A stretch of DNA of 64,000 nucleotides from Pelomyxa schiedti (taxonomy: Eukaryota > Protista > Evosea). The position numbers and the translations under genes are program-made. The stretch's first letter is position 1. Every line of letters starts with the position of its first letter. The stretch spans positions 1 through 64,000 of the forward strand of contig JAHLWZ010000694.1 of the NCBI GenBank assembly GCA_020536535.1, in the 5' to 3' direction. This document shows positions 25,045 through 37,388 of this stretch, in pieces. The notes beneath the pieces are model-generated. The model was not told the origin of the DNA. It did no database searches and worked only from the letters and a program-made list of their open reading frames with translations.

Positions 25045-27788
25045 TTAGGAATTGTTGGTGTTTGTTGTTGGGGTGGCGGTAACAGAAGGCTCTGCTATGG
25101 GTTGAGCAGGCACAGGGACTTGTGTGGCAGAAGTTACATCGGAGGTGGAAACAGTTGGGGCCGGTGTGGGAGTGGGAGTAGTACTTGTAGGCAATGGAAG
25201 AGGGGAGGGATTGGAGGGAGTTGAAGTGGTTGTTGGAACAGCAGGGGTGGTGTCGGCGTGGGCGGCGGTAGAGGGAGGGGTGGCAGGTGTGAGTATGGAC
25301 GGGGACGTGGTGCTGGAAACCATAGCCAAAACGGCATCTTCTAGCTCCTTCCATAGCCTGCTGATGGCCTCAGTGTCCTCCGTGTTTTGTTGTCTGTGAA
25401 GCTGGAAAAATGATTATATAGGCGAAATTGCTTATCTTGTGGTATTGTGGTGTGAACAAATAAGCCATACTTCATTGCGTATTCTGTAGACATTTCTCCT
25501 GGCATCCGAGCTAACAGATGCCACATCTTCAAGAAGAGAATCTGGCAAGTAGTTTAGTTTATTTTTTTTGTTGAGGGACTTGTAACCTGTTTCATAGGGA
25601 ACAGAAAGGTGAGGGAGAAGCATCGCCGGCATTTTGGCCAGCCAACATTCAGCGTCTAGACAGGACATTGTGCTGTGCCTCCATTTTGACCACATTCCAA
25701 CAACACCAAATTGACTTCGTTGGGCTGGTTCAGAAAGAGGTGACAATGGACTGAGAACGAGAGTGACTGGCTGAACACCACATTGAAAAAAATGACCTAA
25801 CTCCAGAAAATGGAGAAAATACCTGCACTTCTAGAGCACCTACCACAGGCAGTGTATTGAAAAAGTTTACTGTCGCTTCCACAGTTTCCTGTAAGAGTGT
25901 CAAGGAATGATGTTATTCCACACACCACTACCCTAGTTTCTCCTGGGAAACCGACTACCAGGGCTGCCCTGACTAAAACTGATCTTTCTAACAATAGAGT
26001 GAGACATTTTCGTATCATCTATGCTATCATCAAATGTAGAGGGAGACATGAGGAAAGCCACCTCTACTGTTGTGTGTTTGCTCATATTGCTCAAAACTGT
26101 TTGTTCACAGCTTTCAACTCCAATGAAAACAAGTCGGCATCCTGATTTTTGCATCAAATCAGCGATTTCTTCGTCTTGAACTGTATCTGCTCTATTTCAA
26201 GTCAGATACCTCAGTTATTGCACATCCTTGCATTCTCACCCCTCACCCCCTCCCTTATCATATGAAAATATGCCTGATAAATGCCTTCCAAACAACATGG
26301 AGGTCACGTTTAATAAGTTCAGTCAAAAATTCCTTTGCCACAGTACGGTTTATAAGAAGATTATCATTGGTAAAGAGTATCTGGAGTGAATGAATAAGAG
26401 TGTGAGGTTAAATGAACTAGGTACTCGTCGGAAACCATCTTTCCAAGGTGGGACACTACTAATCGTACGAAAAATGGAATCAGCACTGCATCGCGTTACA
26501 TGAGGGGCAACTGCAGCGTAGTCGCAAAATGAACACCTAAGTGGTGTGAAAACAAGCCTGCTATGCACATTGCCAATCAATGGCATACTTAAATGGGCAC
26601 CCTTGTCCAACTTGAACAGGGTACCAGGGTATTGGATATGCTGGTACAGGTATTGCTGACCAATCTACTTCACAATCATTCGGCTCTTCTTCCTCAACTG
26701 GAGCAAATGAGACAACAGGTTCTTGTTAAAGAAGGAAAGTGCACTTGAAGTGAGAGTGAAATTTCCAATATCTGTGCTATACCAAGCTACATTGGGAATT
26801 CCCATCCATGAAGCATCCCCCTTAAGTTTTGACAATTTGTGAATAAAGCAAGAGAGGGAAAAAAAAAAAAAAATACCTTGAGCAAGCTATTGATCAATTT
26901 TATTGCAGATTTTTCACCATAAAGACTCACAATGAGATAGTCTACAGAAGACTGGAAAGACTGTGGACAAAAAAGAGGGGTGCCATTAATTCTCAAATCC
27001 CCAGTTTCTTTCTGCTTCAAAAAAAGCTTATAGGCCCTCAATATTCCGTGAAAATTGAGAGGGATAAGTTTGATGGATACTTAAAAACACGCATCCCCCC
27101 AGCAATGACAATAATGCCAGGATTCACTGATTTTGCGTGTGCAGCAATTCTCTCTGTGAACCACCTTTTGGATGTAAAAAAAAAAAAAAAAACAAGATGT
27201 GTCCACACCATGTTGAAGTAAGTGTTGTGCTTATAAGCAGTAGTTTTGATGCAGCCACCTTCTCCTCAAACCTGGCTCGTGTGGCACGGCAGTAGGAGAA
27301 CTCCACAGAAGCAGGAATTCCACAGTGTGTTTGTACTTGCTGCGCAATTCGGGCAGCACCAAGCATAAGGTGGGCATGCTTTCTCCCAAAGTTAACAAGG
27401 GCTTGTGCTGCTGCTGCGTTCTGCTTTTCTTTAAGCAAGCAAAAAAAAGGGGAAGGGAGTTGTGTTCCGTCCAAGAGGCGAAAAAAAAGAGAGACATTGT
27501 GTGTGGTATGGTTTAAGTCTCACATTCGCTTACTTTGCCGTTTGTGAAGTACTCACACAGGAACGGAATGCTAGCATTGTAGCGGTCCTCAACGAGCAAA
27601 GGGTTCTCTATTACAAGAGGGTTCTCTGGTAGCAGTTACTCGGTGAGCAACAACAACAACTAGCAAAGTAGATCCTTTAATTATAACATAATATAATGTT
27701 CTCCCAGCACCCATCCCTGTTGGCATTAGTTCCCTGCCACTTTGACAACATACCAGCTATTTCGGGTGCCCCGATAACCAGTGCCATC
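25045..27788 (-). CDS. B12-binding-domain radical SAM protein (class B methyltransferase-like)
   Basis: Cobalamin-binding-type segment PGIIVIAGG...VDYLIV..YGEKS...GIPNVAWY; spliced CxxxCxxC motif VQVGQGCPFK|CSFCDY; TNDNLL; MQKSGCRLVFIGVES; LVVGFPGET. Thr/Pro-rich tail. Confidence 0.8.
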
Positions 27789-27963
27789 GTCACTTGAACC
27801 GACAGAAAACCAGAATGGATTTTTGATGACCTTTTTTTCCCGAAGGTTCTTTTTGGTGTTGGCGGAAACGGGTTCCGTTTCAGTATTTCCTCTGGTAACA
27901 ATGAGGCTGGGGTTCAGGAACCTCCTAAAGGTAACTTCTAACTCCTGGTCAAAGTCCAGCAGT

Positions 27964-29621
27964 CTAGAAATGAGAGTAGAATTCAAGAGGGTGAAGGTCA
28001 TGTGTGGGATGTGAGTGTGTGACTATTGAGCGGCGCAGCTGGGTGCATAGGTCACATTTCCCTGAGAAAGTTTGGGCTGGTGGTGCAGTGGAATTTGTTT
28101 GGGTTGTTGTTGCTGTGGTGGTGGTTGTTGTTGTTGCTGCTGCTGTTGGTGTGCTTGTTGTTGTGGTGTTTTGTTGTGGTCTTGTGACTTCTGGGTGGAA
28201 TTCTTGGATGTAGGAGAATAGTGACCGGACACCACCGGTGTAGAGGGCATTGATCACGGGGTACTTTAGAGGCGATAAGGGCTTCCCCATGTCTTCCACA
28301 TCAATTCCGAAACCTGGAATACTTCCTGGTGAGGGAAAGTGAGACTTTTCCAGGGCTATTACCACTGCATAGTCCTGGTATGTATTTTCCATACAGGTCC
28401 TTTTCGGATGAGCATTATCGCCATAAAAATGGGTTATTGAAGGTCATACCACATGAAAGTGAGTAACGTTTGACAGGTTTCTATTTAACTGAATGCTATC
28501 TCACAGAAAGAAGAATATTTACCTTGCACACGAACCAGGGTTATCTTCAAAAATCCGTTCTAGGGTCTTTTGTTTTGACAATGGTCTAAAACCTGTTACC
28601 CACAAAATTTCTTTACATAAAAGGTAAACCTTAGGGTCTCTATGGCTCTCCCTCCTGGATGCAACCAATATTTCTCGGATATGTCACTTAGGTAATTGGA
28701 GTGTAATTGTTGCCAGTCTTCCAATGGATACAGGCGATTTACATCTCGCGATGCTAGGTCCTAATTCAAATAAATGCCTGCACCGTATTGTAGATAAAGC
28801 ACACTGCACGAAAGTCTTGAACCCAAGGCATAACATCTGTGAGTAATTAATAACATCGTTGGGGTGCGGTTGATGGCAATACCCATCCCCACATCGTCAC
28901 AAGCCGTCAACACGCCCTGAACCTTGGAAAATGGAATGGCCTAACAACAAAAAAAAGCATTACGAACAAAACGTGTAAAAATTGGAGTGAGGAAGCAGTA
29001 CCTCATTGTGAAAGGGAGAAATTGACACTAACAGTGTCCTCAGCCCTCGATCATACAACTTTCTAAGTGTTTCAACTATTACAGTAAACCAATATAAAAG
29101 TTTACAAACTAAAGAAACCTGCAGAATGTCCATCTCTGAACCAACTTGAATTCGTCTCCACATAGTCAATGGACATGCCTTCCTCGTTAGCAGCCTCTAG
29201 GACACCACACAACCCTTCAATATTTAGCATGGGTTCTCCACCACCTAAGTGTCTCTAAGATTAAACAAACAATGAAAGATCCGCAAAAATGGCAAATACC
29301 AATGTGGACAGAATAGCAGTGCAGTGCTTGTATCTGAAAGTGCTGTTATTACTCTGAAACAATAAAGAGTGACATGCCCTTTGAAACATCAACTTTGCTT
29401 GAGCCTTTGTAATGTAGTCACGTGCCCTTGTTGGAGAACAGTTGTACAGACAATGTTTGCATCTGAACCCACATTGTGAAAAACAAATAGGTGTAAAAAA
29501 TAATGGAGGCACCTGCTGGTGCAGTGATAGTTTGTAATCAACCCTTTTCATTGTGTTGAGTTGCAATGAAAATGTTCCTTGTAAAAGTAATACCCCCACT
29601 CATCAAAGACGTGACATTCAT
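27964..29621 (-). CDS. Radical SAM protein (bacterial/archaeal type, C-terminal CDLC motif)
   Basis: Spliced start MNVTSLMSG|GLITNYHCTSR|CKHCLYNCSP (CxxxCxxC); HLGGGEPML; YVETNSSW; LLVSISPFHNE; C-terminal KCDLCTQLR...LHPLEFYSHF*. Confidence 0.85.
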
Positions 29622-29694
29622 TTTTCAAGTGTTCCACTTCCCCAACAAAATTGACACGAATTCGAAGAAGAAAAGGAAGATGAATCTTTTGGTA

Positions 29695-32600
29695 TCAAGA
29701 TGAGTTTGAGAGAGGGCACAAGAGCTCGAGTAGTGACTGTACATTGTGGGCGAACGTGCCATTGAAGCATAGTACTCGCTGCCAGTGGTTGTTGTTGTTG
29801 CTGCTGTTGTTGTTTGAGCTGTTGGTGTTGTGTGTGGGTGACCGTGATCGCGACCGAGATTGTGGCTGCGATTGTGGGTGTGAGTGTGATGCGGGTGGAG
29901 GTGTGATTGACTTGGCTGGTGCTTTTGATTCTGTTGTGNNNNNNNNNNNNNNNNNNNNNNNNNNNNNNNNNNNNNNNNNNNNNNNNNNNNNNNNNNNNNN
30001 NNNNNNNNNNNNNNNNNNNNNNNNNNNNNNNNNNNNNNGCTGTTGGTGTTGTGTGTGGGTGACCGTGATCGCGACCGAGATTGTGGCTGCGATTGTGGGT
30101 GTGAGTGTGATGCGGGTGGAGGTGTGATTGACTTGGCTGGTGCTTTTGATTCTGTTGTGTGGGTTTCTGGTGTAAGTTCCTTGAGGTTGTGGAACAGGTG
30201 CCCATGTACCTAGTTATGGGTTGGGTTTTTAGTAAAGTTTTTTTTTTTTTTTTTTTTTTCTTGTGTTGAGGTTGAGTGAGAAAGAGGTATTTACCTTTGC
30301 ACCACTGAGGGGAGATGATGAAAACTTGGATTGCAGTTCAGAATTGACAACCACAACATTGCCAATTTCACTGATGAGGATTGACTTCCATCCTTTGCAC
30401 GCGTTGTTGCTGTTGATTTCAAGCCCCCCTGTGGCGGCACTTCCGCGGCTAGTAGGATGCGACCGCTGCGTAACCCCACTGTGATTATGGGATGATGATG
30501 TGGAAGTGGTTGTTGTGTTGGAAGTTCTGCTTTCAAAAGACCTCAATGCGGATGTTAATACAAGGTCTTTGTTGACAAATGGAGGGGGCTCTTGGCTTAA
30601 AGAGTTAGCAATTCTGGCCAGGATTATCGCCTTTTATTGGTTTGATTAGCAGTGACCAATTAATTGCGAACCGGCGTGGCGGAATATGTACCTTCTTTGG
30701 TCCTGCTTCGCAATTCCATTTCGAACAGCTGAATGCAAATCCTGGTAGCATTTTACTCATTTGGCTGTAAATTCTTTTTTCCATAAGCACATCCTTCTAC
30801 ATACACATAATGTGAGCACCCCCATACAAAAAAGGATAAGAAAGTACTTTTTTCCAAGGAAGAACGCTTGCAGGAACACACCAGGGTAGAAAAATTCCAT
30901 ATCTTGCCAGATCCTGATAGATATTTATCTTTCTTTCTCTACTTACTTTGTCATACCTCAAGAAAGAGTGGGGGTGGCTTGGGTTGATTTCCTGGTTCAT
31001 ATATCAGGGGGAAAACTAGCTTGCATCCTTGCTCTGATACTTCAATAGTTATCTTTTGAGCATGTTAACGCCATGATAGTGAGGAATCGCGAACCTCGAG
31101 TGTTTTTGTGATGAGAATAAGCCAAGCTTTACTTGGTCCACTGGGATATATACACCACCATTTAAATGGTAGTTCCGTGAATCGAGGCTACAGTTGACCT
31201 TGGTTAAAAAAAAAACAAACAAATCTGGCTATACCTGTATTAATGCATGGGGAGTAGCATGAAGTGTATGAAAGGAGATAATTCTGGTAGCTTTATTAAA
31301 GGCAATTTCGGAAATGCCATCCGTCTGCCATTTTGATTTTTCCTATTCCCATAAATAATGCCATTTATAATTCCATACTCACTACCTTGTCCCACCAGCC
31401 AACATGAAAGTCTCGAACCAAAACATGAGGGGGCAAGAGATATGAGACTTTTAAGGTAGCGGAGTCAGTTAGATTATCACCTTTCTCTGCAATCAGCGGT
31501 ATATAAGTGTGACGTGATATGGAAAGTGACTGGGGTGTGACTATCTGTTTTGTAAGTGCCTCGAAGTTGTGATGTTAGCTACCAGGTCTTAGAGTCCAAT
31601 TATTTAACTTCTTGGCTCTTGGGGGAAATCCTAGGATTTCATAATATAGGACACCTCCCTTTTGGAGAAATTATTCCTTGAAAGAGATGAAGAATCCACA
31701 CGATGGTAATGAACTCAGATGTGGGTGGAGTAATGACGTCAAATGATGTGTGTAGTAGACGAATGACTGTACTTGTAAGTGCCAAGCTTTCAGGTACCTT
31801 GGCACAAGTATGTACATTACTAAACTCGATTTCTCCTAACGTTCCAACAGTACTGTGGATGCCTCAAAACCGAGAAAGAACTGGGAAAAATTAACTACCT
31901 GTAATTCTTGGCAAAATTGACCCAGATTCCAATTACATACGATTTTGTGGAATAGGACACCTGAAAATGCTGGCCTTTGTCACAGTACATATCAGAATAC
32001 TGGAAGTAATTCAGATTGGACTAAAGAAAGAACTTGGACCTGGAGAACTTTGGCAGTAGCATCATCTATACAAGAAAGGGAGTGTTCTCGCAAAGTATGC
32101 GTAACAAAAGGTAACCTCTCTTTCATCTCAGGGTGGTAAAACTGCAAAATTCTACCCTCAGCAATCACCTTGTAGCTTCTTTATTGTGAAGTCATAATAG
32201 GAAAAAGATAAGCTGGCAGCTTACATCCTCTGCTTGTTCAGCAAGTTCCAATACCCGTCGTAAATCTTCATTTCCTTCCTCCAGCCACAAGCTCATGAAA
32301 GTATTTATATCTGACTCGGCCATTGGATTGATTTGATTCCTACCGGTGTTTCTGTACTGTTCCCATTCATATTGTTCGGCTTGCATGATAAGGTGCCGAG
32401 CATGTTCCTGCAGTGCAGGAGTCTCCCAATCCGCAATCTCAGCATCCTCCGGAATTAATTTGTCCTTCTGTTTTCCCTCTAAACCATAGATACAAGAAGA
32501 GTGAAAAATGACCTCGTCCTCATCAATTGCAGCGGTATGAACCCGCGTTGGGCTCGCAGAACTTTTTCGTCTTTCCCCTTCACGTGTCCTATCTGGCCTC

Positions 32601-33017
32601 ACCCCTATTTGTTTGGTTTGTGTACAACAAAAAGTGAGATATCCAGAGATACACAAACAAACAGAAATAACGGAACCACCCCACAGTGCTCGGCAGTTCC
32701 ATCCCATAACCCCTCCCCAAACAAGCAACAGGGGGCATTTAACAACATCAAACCCAACGCTGCCAATTGGGGAGGCCCCACGCACCTCCCACACGGCCTG
32801 TTGGGCTAGGACTGCGCCGTCCGCCGCCGCCACTGGCTGTCGATCTCGTGCCTACGGCTGCGGTCGTAGCCGTCGCGCTCCTGGAGGCTTGCTTATGGGC
32901 CGATGCCGCACTGTGGTTGGTTCTGGTCGCTGCCGACGTGGCTGCCGTGGTTGCAGGAGTGCCTGATGCTGATGCTCGTGCTCGTGGATTGGTCGATGCT
33001 GCACGGTCCGTACTCAT
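29695..33017 (-). CDS. DNAI7: Axonemal dynein intermediate chain 7 / CASC1 / IC97-like protein
   Basis: EWEQY...NPMAESDINTFMSLWLEE (CASC1 N-terminus), YVIGIWVNFAKN, RIISFHTLHATPHALIQ, and EKRIYSQMSKMLPGFAFSCSKWN (cf. QMALLSSAFAFSWSKWN). Spans an N gap. Confidence 0.7.
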
Positions 33018-33203
33018 GGGAGGTTGGCGCTGAACTGAACGAAAACGAAGTGCTGGGAAGTTGATGGTCCGCGGAATGTTTGTTTCGCCGATCACCAAGG
33101 CGAGGTGGTGGTAGAAAAAATTGTACCTATTTCTATTACACTCTTTAATACAGAAGGCCTCGATGTTGCAGTCCGAGATATGCAAACTTTCTTGTAATGT
33201 TTC

Positions 33204-34454
33204 TTACAATATGAAAGAGCCATTGTACTGCAAAGAGTGAAGGACTTCCCCCTTGAGGCCAAACTCAACAACAATGTGCTGGGAGGGCATTTCAATGACC
33301 TGCAGTCTTTGCTGGTTTGGCTCTATGAGTGCAAGAAGGCCACTACCACAAAGGACACCACCTGTGTTCCTGGAGTATCCAGTGTGGCACATGAGGGGGA
33401 GTACTTTGGTGTTGCTGAGGTCCCAGAGTTCCAAGCAGGTACTTTTTTCCACCAAGAACAGGGAGGAACTCACTTGGTAAATGCCATTTCTGGGATCAAA
33501 ATACTGGTAATCTGAATAGAGTCTGTTGGCCTGGCCATTTGAATCCACAATCGCAACAAACCACCCAATTTCCCAACTTGCGTTATTTGTATGAGCAAGC
33601 ACAATGTACACCTTCTGCCGCATACTGTTCTGCATGACTATAAGGTTTTGGACTACACAGTCCCGAGAGTTGAGCGAGTCATCGAGCGCTGTTGTTGTGA
33701 CAACATGCAGGCTTTTTGTTTCGAAGCTCTTGGCAACATCGATCACCACAATTGACCTTACCGTGGTGTTTGGGCTGCGAACTGCAATTGCCGCCTCAGA
33801 CGAGATCACTTGATTGAAGCAAACCAGTTCCCCGCGATAGCCGGGGAGTTGCACAGTGAATACTGGGCATTCAGGGTACTCCGTCGTCAGCTTCGTGATG
33901 GCGACAGCCTTGTTGACGCCCTCGAGTTTTACAGCCCACATAGCATTTGCACAGTATCTGCCAATTGTCACGTTAGGTAGCACACCTCCTCGCTTCACGA
34001 CGCTTTTCTTCCCACTGCAGGTATCCACCACCACCAGCGACACCTGGCCGTCATTATCGTCGTCATGAGTTATAAACCTTCCTTGGTCAATCCACTTCAC
34101 ACTGTTCTGCGCCACTTGCATGTCACCCATAAGCCCAAGCAACGCCGACACGCCGAACATGAACGTGACCGTGTATTTCCACAGCGAACTCGGCTCCGCG
34201 GCGCTCCCCCGAGCCACATCTGCCTCCACCACGACCACCCTCTTGGTGCCCTCGCCCCAGTCCTCCCACAATTGCTTCACCGCGTGGGGCCCCAGCGCGC
34301 GAGCGGGTGAGCCGGCCCCGCACCGGGGCGAAACCACGGCCAGCGCCAGCGACGAGTGTCGTGCACGTGCGGTCACCCCACCGCTTGCGTACGCCACGAT
34401 GTCAGTAAACCAGTCGGGCTTCGTAGCTTTCATCACAAATCCTGCCGTAGTCAT
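33204..34454 (-). CDS. Intronless hypothetical protein of a probable lineage-expanded family (beta-rich)
   Basis: Uninterrupted 416-aa ORF. N-terminal ARARHSSLALAVVSPRCGAGSPARAL...QLWEDW leader, followed by a beta-strand-rich region. Confidence 0.7.
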   Translation of the reverse strand: MTTAGFVMKATKPDWFTDIVAYASGGVTARARHSSLALAVVSPRCGAGSPARALGPHAVKQLWEDWGEGTKRVVVVEADVARGSAAEPSSLWKYTVTFMFGVSALLGLMGDMQVAQNSVKWIDQGRFITHDDDNDGQVSLVVVDTCSGKKSVVKRGGVLPNVTIGRYCANAMWAVKLEGVNKAVAITKLTTEYPECPVFTVQLPGYRGELVCFNQVISSEAAIAVRSPNTTVRSIVVIDVAKSFETKSLHVVTTTALDDSLNSRDCVVQNLIVMQNSMRQKVYIVLAHTNNASWEIGWFVAIVDSNGQANRLYSDYQYFDPRNGIYQVSSSLFLVEKSTCLELWDLSNTKVLPLMCHTGYSRNTGGVLCGSGLLALIEPNQQRLQVIEMPSQHIVVEFGLKGEVLHSLQYNGSFIL

Positions 34455-34619
34455 GTCAGTTTTTTTTTTTTTTGAGTTGGGCGGTTTCCAGTTCCAAGCA
34501 AATTGGTGGTTTGGAATTCCACCTTACTTCTACAAATGAGATAGAAGAGACAAGAAAAATGGAGTAAAAACAATATTGTTGTTTATTACAGTAATCAACA
34601 CAAAGAAAAGAGGGAGAGT

Positions 34620-36970
34620 TTAGCAGCCCTCGGCGACGTGTACCAGCTCAGATACCGTCGCCTCGTGCGCGGGAGACACAGCGACAATGACTCCTTTGTC
34701 TGGTTCGCGAGCTTCTGCTATCTCTGGCTCGGTGAAAACTTCCATGAATGAGTCCATGAACTTGGGCCCATAGACCCAGTGGATGTCCTTCGCGCCAGTG
34801 AAGCCATTGAAGCTGTAAGAGCGTCAGAAGTTTAACAAAAAGCAACGCTGGAACAAACCTGCTATGAGCCGCCGTAGTGTAAGCACCCATGTTCTCAAAG
34901 TAAAGGTAGTCTCCAATTCCCAGTTCCGGCAACATGGCCTCCTTGGTAATGCAATCAAGGCTGTCGCAAGTAGGCCCAAAGATCATCGTAGGATAAAGCT
35001 TTGTGTTGTCAATACCAGGCCTCGGGAGGACTTTAGGTTCAGGGTGCTGGTGATCAAAGAAAATGCAGTTGAATGACTGGTAAACCCCATCTGAAATGTA
35101 GTAGATGAAACGGGCAGGCGCCCCAGTAACGTCACGAACAACTCTGCGGGCAAAGATATTGCACGCAAGGGTATGTGACTTCATAGCAAAATAGCGGCCA
35201 GGCTCTGCCATAAACTCGGTACCAGCAGGGAAACGCTCGAGAACTGGAATCAGTACTTGAGCAATCTGTGAAAGTGTAGGCGTGTCGTGATCAGTCCCTT
35301 GGAAGCCTCCACCAATGTCTAGCACTTTCATTTCGATACCAAGTTCAGCAGCCCACTAATGCGGAATTAGAAAAACGGAACAAAAGGAACTTTCAACAAA
35401 CCTTGAACACTTGCAACGCGTCAGAAGCGGATTGAGCAAACGCATTAGGATCCCCACATCCGGATCCAACATGGAAGCTCACCTGATTAAAGAGTGTCAA
35501 GAGACTGGGCAGGCAAGAGTCAGAAACAAAAATATATTTTGTTTCGGGAAATTGGAGATATTCGGCTATATTTTTTTGACAAAAAAAAAGATAGCAAAAA
35601 AATAAACCTGTGAAGGGAGAGAGAAGATATTTTTTTATAAGGAGGCTGTAGTTATTTCCAACTGAGAATAATTGATTCAAACGGAGAATATTTTGGGGAG
35701 AAATGTAGGTATTATGATATGAAGGATCAATTGGACTACAGCCATCAAAAAAAATATCGGTAAGGAACAATGAAGTGATTATGTGAGCTTTACACCCATC
35801 GATTTGAAGGATATAAGGTCCACTACATACCAACCAAATAATAACCACCCTCGGTATGAGAGTAAGGATATTATAAGGAGAGGAAAGACGCACCCCTTTG
35901 GTCCAGGCACAGCACAGCCCCAATCTACAAAAAAAAGGCGGGAGAACATTGATATATGGGAGAAAGTAGGCACAACAGCAATAAGCCGAGGGAGTAAACA
36001 GAATATGTTAGGGGGCTGTACTGTGTCCAGAGCCAAAGGGGCCAGCTAGTACACCAAGTAACCCATCATCACAAATAAAGTGATAATGGATAGGGAATGG
36101 ATCATACCCCAATCAGATTGAGATCCAACTCAACAGCCAACCTTGTAAGGGGTAAGAAGAACAATAAGCGTGCAACAGAAACTCACTTCAGAAGAGCGGG
36201 CACATCTTTCATAGAGGCTCCAAACTTCACACTGAAGCGGCACAGTGAGTGGGAATCATCAGTGATGATACGTAAAATCAACTCGGCATCAGGATACAAG
36301 CGAGCAATTTTGCGCATCTCATCGGCGTTGTCAAATGTCATCCTTTTCACCTCGACTTCGCGAGCATGCATGATCTGCGACTCCATTTTGCACGGATTTG
36401 CAAACACAATTCTTCGTGTGCTAACACCCATTCCCAGAATAGAATCAATCTCGTTCTTGCTAGCGCAATCAAATCCGGTGCCCAGCCTGGCCAAGGTATG
36501 GAGAACCCCGGGGTTTGGATTGCACTTCACAGCTGAAGGACAAAGTTAAAATAATAAAAGTAGGACAAGTCGAATACCGTAGTACGGAACTACCATCGGC
36601 AAAGTCGCGCGCCACTGGCGATATTTTTCAACGATCGTCTCCAAGTTGACGACGTAAAAAGGATTGCGGTGTTCGGCGTAAGCGGATTCGACTTTGCGTN
36701 NNNNNNNNNNNNNNNNNNNNNNNNNNNNNNNNNNNNNNNNNNNNNNNNNNNNNNNNNNNNNNNNNNNNNNNNNNNNNNNNNNNNNNNNNNNNNNNNNNNG
36801 TAGTACGGAACTACCATCGGCAAAGTCGCGCGCCACTGGCGATATTTTTCAACGATCGTCTCCAAGTTGACGACGTAAAAAGGATTGCGGTGTTCGGCGT
36901 AAGCGGATTCGACTTTGCGTGTGATGATTGTCTCGGTGCTATCGTGCGATTCGGCAGAAGAGAGTGACAT
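34620..36970 (-). CDS. ODC: Ornithine decarboxylase (fold III PLP enzyme)
   Basis: PFYVVNL...W...LPMVVPYY|AVKCNP, GFDCASKNEI, IVFANPCK, MTFDN, FSVKFGA, VSFHVGSG, LDIGGGF, AEPGRYF, DGVYQSFNC, FGPTCDSLD, FENMGAYT, FNGF. The 5' exon is duplicated across an N gap. Confidence 0.95.
35483..36107 (-). other. Unusually long (625 nt) ODC intron containing two long stem-loops
   Basis: GT at 36107-36106 after LIG and AG before VSFHVGS. Inverted arms at 35893-35921/36012-36041 and 35644-35665/35727-35743. Confidence 0.8.
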
Positions 36971-37388
36971 CTTTCTTTCGGTTTCGGTTGGTGTGTTGCA
37001 ACGATTAACGGAGTGCTGTGCTCTTGAGCTTGACGGTACGAAAGCGACTTGCTTGTGTGTCTTGTCTTTTAGGTTGTAGTGGTTGTAGTTGGCTTTGTTT
37101 TGTTAAAGATGAAGGGTTGTTGCGGCTTGTCTTGCGGGTACGAACTTTTCTTTTGTTGTTTTTTTATTTGTCACAGATCAACGTCAAACGGTTTATAAAT
37201 GCCAACAAGGCAGGTAAATTAATTGCTTCTAGAAGGCTTAGAAGTCTCCGATCTGCGAAAAATGACAGTGAGCAACTGCCGCCTTACCTAAAAGAAACGC
37301 ACCAAGAAAAGTTGATTATCATCTTGTTGCCTTCTTGGAACTACTTTCACGGTGATGACCGGTGACCGTTTTTAGACTAGGAGACTTT

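Noticed and set aside
29618-29621. Apparent bacterial-style ATGA stop/start overlap between ORF 29618-30205 and the radical SAM start
   Set aside because: That ORF frame crosses an N gap. The plausible DNAI7 frame (VHGHLFHN...WQRVLCF...LSNSS*) stops at 29695, leaving a normal 74-bp spacer.
29818-30158. ~120-bp direct repeat in the last DNAI7 exon
   Set aside because: Identical copies directly flank a 100-N gap, which indicates an unmerged contig overlap.
35860-35900. TPP riboswitch in the ODC intron (GGGGTGC on the sense strand)
   Set aside because: The required CTGAGA and downstream ACCTGAT/GCGTAGGGA elements are absent.
36579-36920. Duplicated ODC first exon
   Set aside because: Identical ~120-bp copies flank a 100-N gap, so this is an assembly artefact.
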